A stretch of DNA of 64,000 nt, taken from positions 6,510,001 to 6,574,000 of the forward strand of contig CM022675.1 in the NCBI GenBank assembly GCA_012295275.1, in the 5' to 3' direction. The notes under the pieces are model-generated. The model was not told the DNA's origin and ran no database searches. It was given only the letters and a program-made list of their open reading frames with translations. Of the stretch, positions 59,019 through 64,000 are shown one piece after another. Positions within the stretch are counted from its first letter, which is position 1, and each line of letters starts with the position of its first letter. The translations under genes were made by a program, and so were the position numbers. The DNA comes from Chrysomallon squamiferum (lineage: Eukaryota > Animalia > Mollusca).

Positions 59019-59372
59019 GTCTGGAACTCTGTCGAACAATTACATCTCAAAAGTTAATAACGACTTTTATCAAAGTCTGTTTGTCTTAAAATAACCTGGA
59101 ATTTCATTATCTTTCTGTTTGTCTGTCTGTCTAGCAGAAAAAAACACAATTAAGATTAGAAAATAATCTAGTAATACATCACTGGAGTTTAAGTAATTTT
59201 AAGCGTTACTATGGAAACCATCTGTCCATTTGTGCGAACAACGTACTTAAACTTCAGGACAAAGAAGCTTGTATAGTGCCAGACGTAGGACTTTGTTTTA
59301 TATATTAGAAATAAAAAAAAATAATAATAAATTAAAAAAAAAAAAACGAAAGAAAATAACAGTGACATCGAC

Positions 59373-59411
<39 letters not shown>

Positions 59412-60703
59412 GATGATAATTATGACGATGATGACGATGATGATGATGAAAAAAAATTAAATAAACTAAATAATTACGTTGAACTGAATTTCAGTTACTT
59501 TTAATTTTAATATTTATAAAATGATGGCGGATCACTAGTAACCTATAAATACAAAACGAATAAAAGGATAAGAAAATTTTAATAATTAAACTGGAAAATA
59601 TAGAATAGTTTGTCCTAGTTTTGAATCAGTTTTTATTTTATACTGCGTAATTTACATACACAGGTAACGTATTTTTCATTTGCACTGAAATAGATTTTAT
59701 AAATAGGTATTCCTTTTATTCTTAAAACGATTAATATAATTATAAAATAATACTTATGTCTTGGTTATCACTTAATGAATATTTTTCTTATTTAAAAGCC
59801 GTTCGTTTTCGCATTTCGTCAATTCAAAAGGAGGGTTTGAAAGTCTAAGACAAAATGATAAACACAAAATTTAATTTTCTAAAATTTTGAGACATGTACA
59901 TAATGTAACATTACTTTTTAAACAATTTATAATTCGAAGCTTTTTACTAAAATGTTTTATCTTAGTTGCTGCCAAGAAAAACGCCAACATCGGCTACACC
60001 ATGATCGAAATCTACGCTTGTCGTCTGCATGGGGCACTAAAAATCCCATTTGCTGTTTTGACAGAATCAGTGTATTCCTACGCAGATGGAAACCGTGACG
60101 TTGTGACAAGTGACGTCATTCACTGTCAAACGCTCAGTCGCTGTTCAAACCGGCAGCAGTCCAAAACCAGACACGAGAGCAGACGTCAAAAGCAAATTGC
60201 CCGCGCGGTCAATATTGACTCTTGGTCAAAACGTTTACATTCGTTTCAGACGATAGAGACGGCGATTTGCATGTTTTGCTGCGTCTAGGGCGCTGAGTAC
60301 ACGAACTGATACAAAGATCCACAGTTGTCGATGAAGCGTAATCAGCTTGAAGGAAATTTAATTTAAAAACAACAACAACAACATGATCTGACTATTACGG
60401 CGATAACTGAATGATAAATTGATAGGCTTATTTACAGATACCGGTATAGAGGTGTATACATACACATACATACATATATTTTCGTTAATAATATATCTAA
60501 ATCTATATCTATATATATATATATATATATGTTTGTATGTATGTATGAATGGTTGTACTTATATATATATATATACACACATACATCAGCAAAAATGTTT
60601 CAATGTATGTATCATCATATATATTTTTATATATATACTTGATATTTTATTAACAACAGACAGACAGGCAACCAGATAGACAGTCATACATACAAACATA
60701 CAT

Positions 60704-60738
<35 letters not shown>

Positions 60739-61347
60739 TATATATATATTTATTTAAAATTTAACGGTCTGAATAGTGCTGTATACACCTCATTGTCTTC
60801 TTCAGTACAGTGTTCTTATAATTTCTTCTTTTACAGAAGTTGCTAACCATTTGTGGTATGTGCCCACGCAGACCAAGTTATCTGATTAAACAAAAATAAA
60901 TATTTATTTTAAGAATTTATTTTCGAAGTCACTGAAATTAGTGGCAGCTATGATCACGTGATGTATATTCGTTGTTTACTTGACTGTTTGTTTTTAGTAA
61001 ACTGACTGACTGCAATGATGGAAAAAACAACAACAAGGTAAAGGCGTTTGATATAATAGTAATAGTTTAATATAATATGTGTTTATTCTTAACAGTTTTA
61101 TTTGGATGAAATCTTGCAAAAACATTTTTATTTATTTATTTAAGATTTGACGGTCAGGAACGTAAGTAATGCTTATTAAAAATTTAGGGAAAAAAATTAT
61201 GTTATTTCAAAGGGAAAAAAAACAACCAACAAATAATAACAATGTTATTCAGAATGGTTTCCACAGACTTCTGTTACTTTACATTCTACTGTTTTTTTTA
61301 AATATATTCTTAAAAGTATATTACATATGTATGTATGTGTGATGTAT

Positions 61348-61388
<41 letters not shown>

Positions 61389-61638
61389 AAAGGACGTGCA
61401 AATTAACACTTATGTGAGTTTATCGGAAAATGACACCAATGTACCTATCGGCATTGAAACAAGCCACATGGCACTGAAAATAAATTTACGAAATTACATC
61501 ATGACAGCTTCTTGGGAATTCCGTGTAAACTTCATTAAAGATGTTATAAAACAGGACTGTTTATAATCGTAAATAACAAACATTTGTTAATTTCATCTGA
61601 AGGATACCGGGAAAAAAGGAGAGGGTTGAGAAAAGTAG

Positions 61639-61777
<139 letters not shown>

Positions 61778-62461
61778 GAAAACAGAGACACAGACAAACA
61801 AAAAGAAAGAAAGATAGAGATAATAAAATAAGAGTGATGTATCAGAGAGTTACACAGAAAAATACAGAGAGAGAAAGAAAGAATGAAAGATAGACTGACA
61901 AAGCCAGATCGATGGGGGGAAAAAAAAAAAAGAGAGATAAAAATTTACAAAGATTCATTACGAAACGAAAACTTCAAGATTTTATTTTTCAAGTGTTCTT
62001 TAAACATTAATAATGACTACCATTAAAATTCTATCGATTTTTTAATTTTTTTTATTTATTTTTTATTTATTTTTTTTTTTATTTTTTTTTTTGTTTCTGG
62101 CTGTGATAAAATATGTTATTTTCTCCACTTCACAAACAGATTCTATACATTAAGCTATAATAGCGATAAACTGTACATAATTTCTCCGATGGAACAGTAA
62201 TTAAAGAAAGAGGAAAATCCAGTGAAGAATAAGGAAGCCACATAGTAACAGAGAACGCGAATAATGGCTGAGACACGTACAATAATAATGATTATTATTT
62301 AATCAGTTAGCTACAGAAGAAACAAAGAACATACGCCAAACTGATAAAATACAGACACCACAAAATTTATTATTTATTCAGTTCCGTGAAAGTTGCGTAT
62401 CGGTGTGTGTATGTGTATTTATTATTTATTCAGTTCTTGAAACTATCGGTGCCGTGTATGT

Positions 62462-62497
<36 letters not shown>

Positions 62498-64000
62498 TGG
62501 CGTTTGTTGAATGTATGAGAGAGTGAGAGAGTGAGTGAGAGAGAGGCATGAATGAATGAAAAGGTAATGAGAAAAAGAAAAACAAGTAAAAATTTAGATG
62601 AAAAAGTATAAGAAGATAATTGTGACGAAAAAGTAAAGAAAGAAGAACAAGAAGATAATGAATGATGATTTTGATGATTTTTTGTTAATAATAATAATAA
62701 CATATATGTTTAATTAATGATAATAATAATAATAATAATAATAATGATCATCAATAATAATCATCAAAATGATAATGAAAATAATAATAATAATAATAAT
62801 AACAACAAAAAGTAGATAAAATAAAAATAAAATAAAGAGTAATTAAAATGACGATGAAATAATTTCAGTCTTTTCTACTTTTTCCTAGAGAACCAAACAC
62901 CACCACCACCACCACAACAACAACAACAACAGCAACAGCAACACAACAACTACAGCAATAACGATATTGGCATTATACTTTTTTGAAAACGTATGAAAAT
63001 AAACTGAAGCTAATTATCTGTAAAATAAAATCAGAAATAGAAAGAAAGAAAAATAAATAAATAGGAAAAAAAAGAGACAAAGTGTTTTTTTTTTTTTCGA
63101 TGACGTAATTCAGAACCAGAATCATAAGGTTTGTGTTTCTACCGTTTTCTTTTCTTTTTCTTTTTTTTTTTTTCTTTTCTTTCTTTTTCTTTTCTTTCTT
63201 TTTTCTTTTCTTTTTCTTTTCTTTCTATCTAAGCTATATTTGTGTTTCTCATACAACTGCATACCTCTTCATTAAACACGTTATTTCACAAATCGCGAAG
63301 ATTCATAAACAAAACATCAACGGTATCCATAAACGTTCCCAACATTGCGATTGTATTTTAGGCCAAACGAAATAAATTGTTTGTTTGTCGTCGGAAGTAA
63401 TGGCTGAAAAATGTGCGCATTTCATAACCGTATTAAAATATTCTGTGAATCTGCGTTTTCTCAGTCGAATTTTCTGAGAGTTTAAGTCTGTTAATGCAGT
63501 TTATAATTTACACTTTTTAATTTAATTTTTTAAAACAGATCAAGGTTTACCCGTTAACGCATTCCATTTAGAAAGAAATTTAAGATTTAGTTGAGCTGTA
63601 CGCTTCATAATGTGGGATTTTTTTTTATTTTTTTTATTTTTTTATGAACTCAGCAATCAGCAAATTTGTAATGTATATATATATGTATATAAAATAATAA
63701 TAAAAATAAAAATGAATCAAACAATTAATTTTATGAGGCTTTACACAAAGAGAATAGTCTGAACACAATACGAAAATGAAAAACAAAGAAACAACATAAA
63801 AAAACAAAAAATAACAACAAAAGCCACCCAACAAACAAACAAATTAAAAAGGTGGTTAATTAACATTTTTCTGCGCATCCAAAAATTCTTAAATTCTTAA
63901 CACTTGATGGCGCCAGTAATTCCACGTGACGTGTACATTTGTAGCAAGATAATTAACATTCACACGTCATCACTTCAACTGTTTGTCTACGTAATAAAAA

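Noticed and set aside
59887-60288. 133-aa plus-strand ORF in a CpG-rich island
   Set aside because: No recognisable domain or convincing splice context. Better explained as a regulatory island.

Overview
Eukaryotic, AT-rich, microsatellite-dense genomic DNA, most likely an invertebrate (a mollusc or other lophotrochozoan is my inference from the receptor family, repeat types and microsatellite load). Two protein-coding genes are supportable, both on the minus strand. The first is the first three coding exons of GTPBP4/NOG1 (1254 to beyond position 1), with a Myc E-box/ETS-type promoter. The second is a 389-aa class A peptide GPCR of the FMRFamide-receptor-like group (10000..8831), encoded in one coding exon, with a probable spliced leader full of uORFs. 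The remaining ~53 kb upstream of the GPCR has no recognisable coding sequence. It holds CpG-rich unique islands, several minisatellites, local tandem duplications, an inverted pair of Tigger/pogo-type MITEs and hairpins. The most notable observations are a triplicated RFX X-box + palindromic double-CRE module next to a candidate 5' exon, two AUGA-coupled uORF pairs plus an in-frame stop-interrupted N-terminal-like extension on the GPCR, and a MITE pair with a flipped terminal hairpin loop. There is no CRISPR array or prokaryotic system. Almost all other ORFs in the track are microsatellite artefacts.
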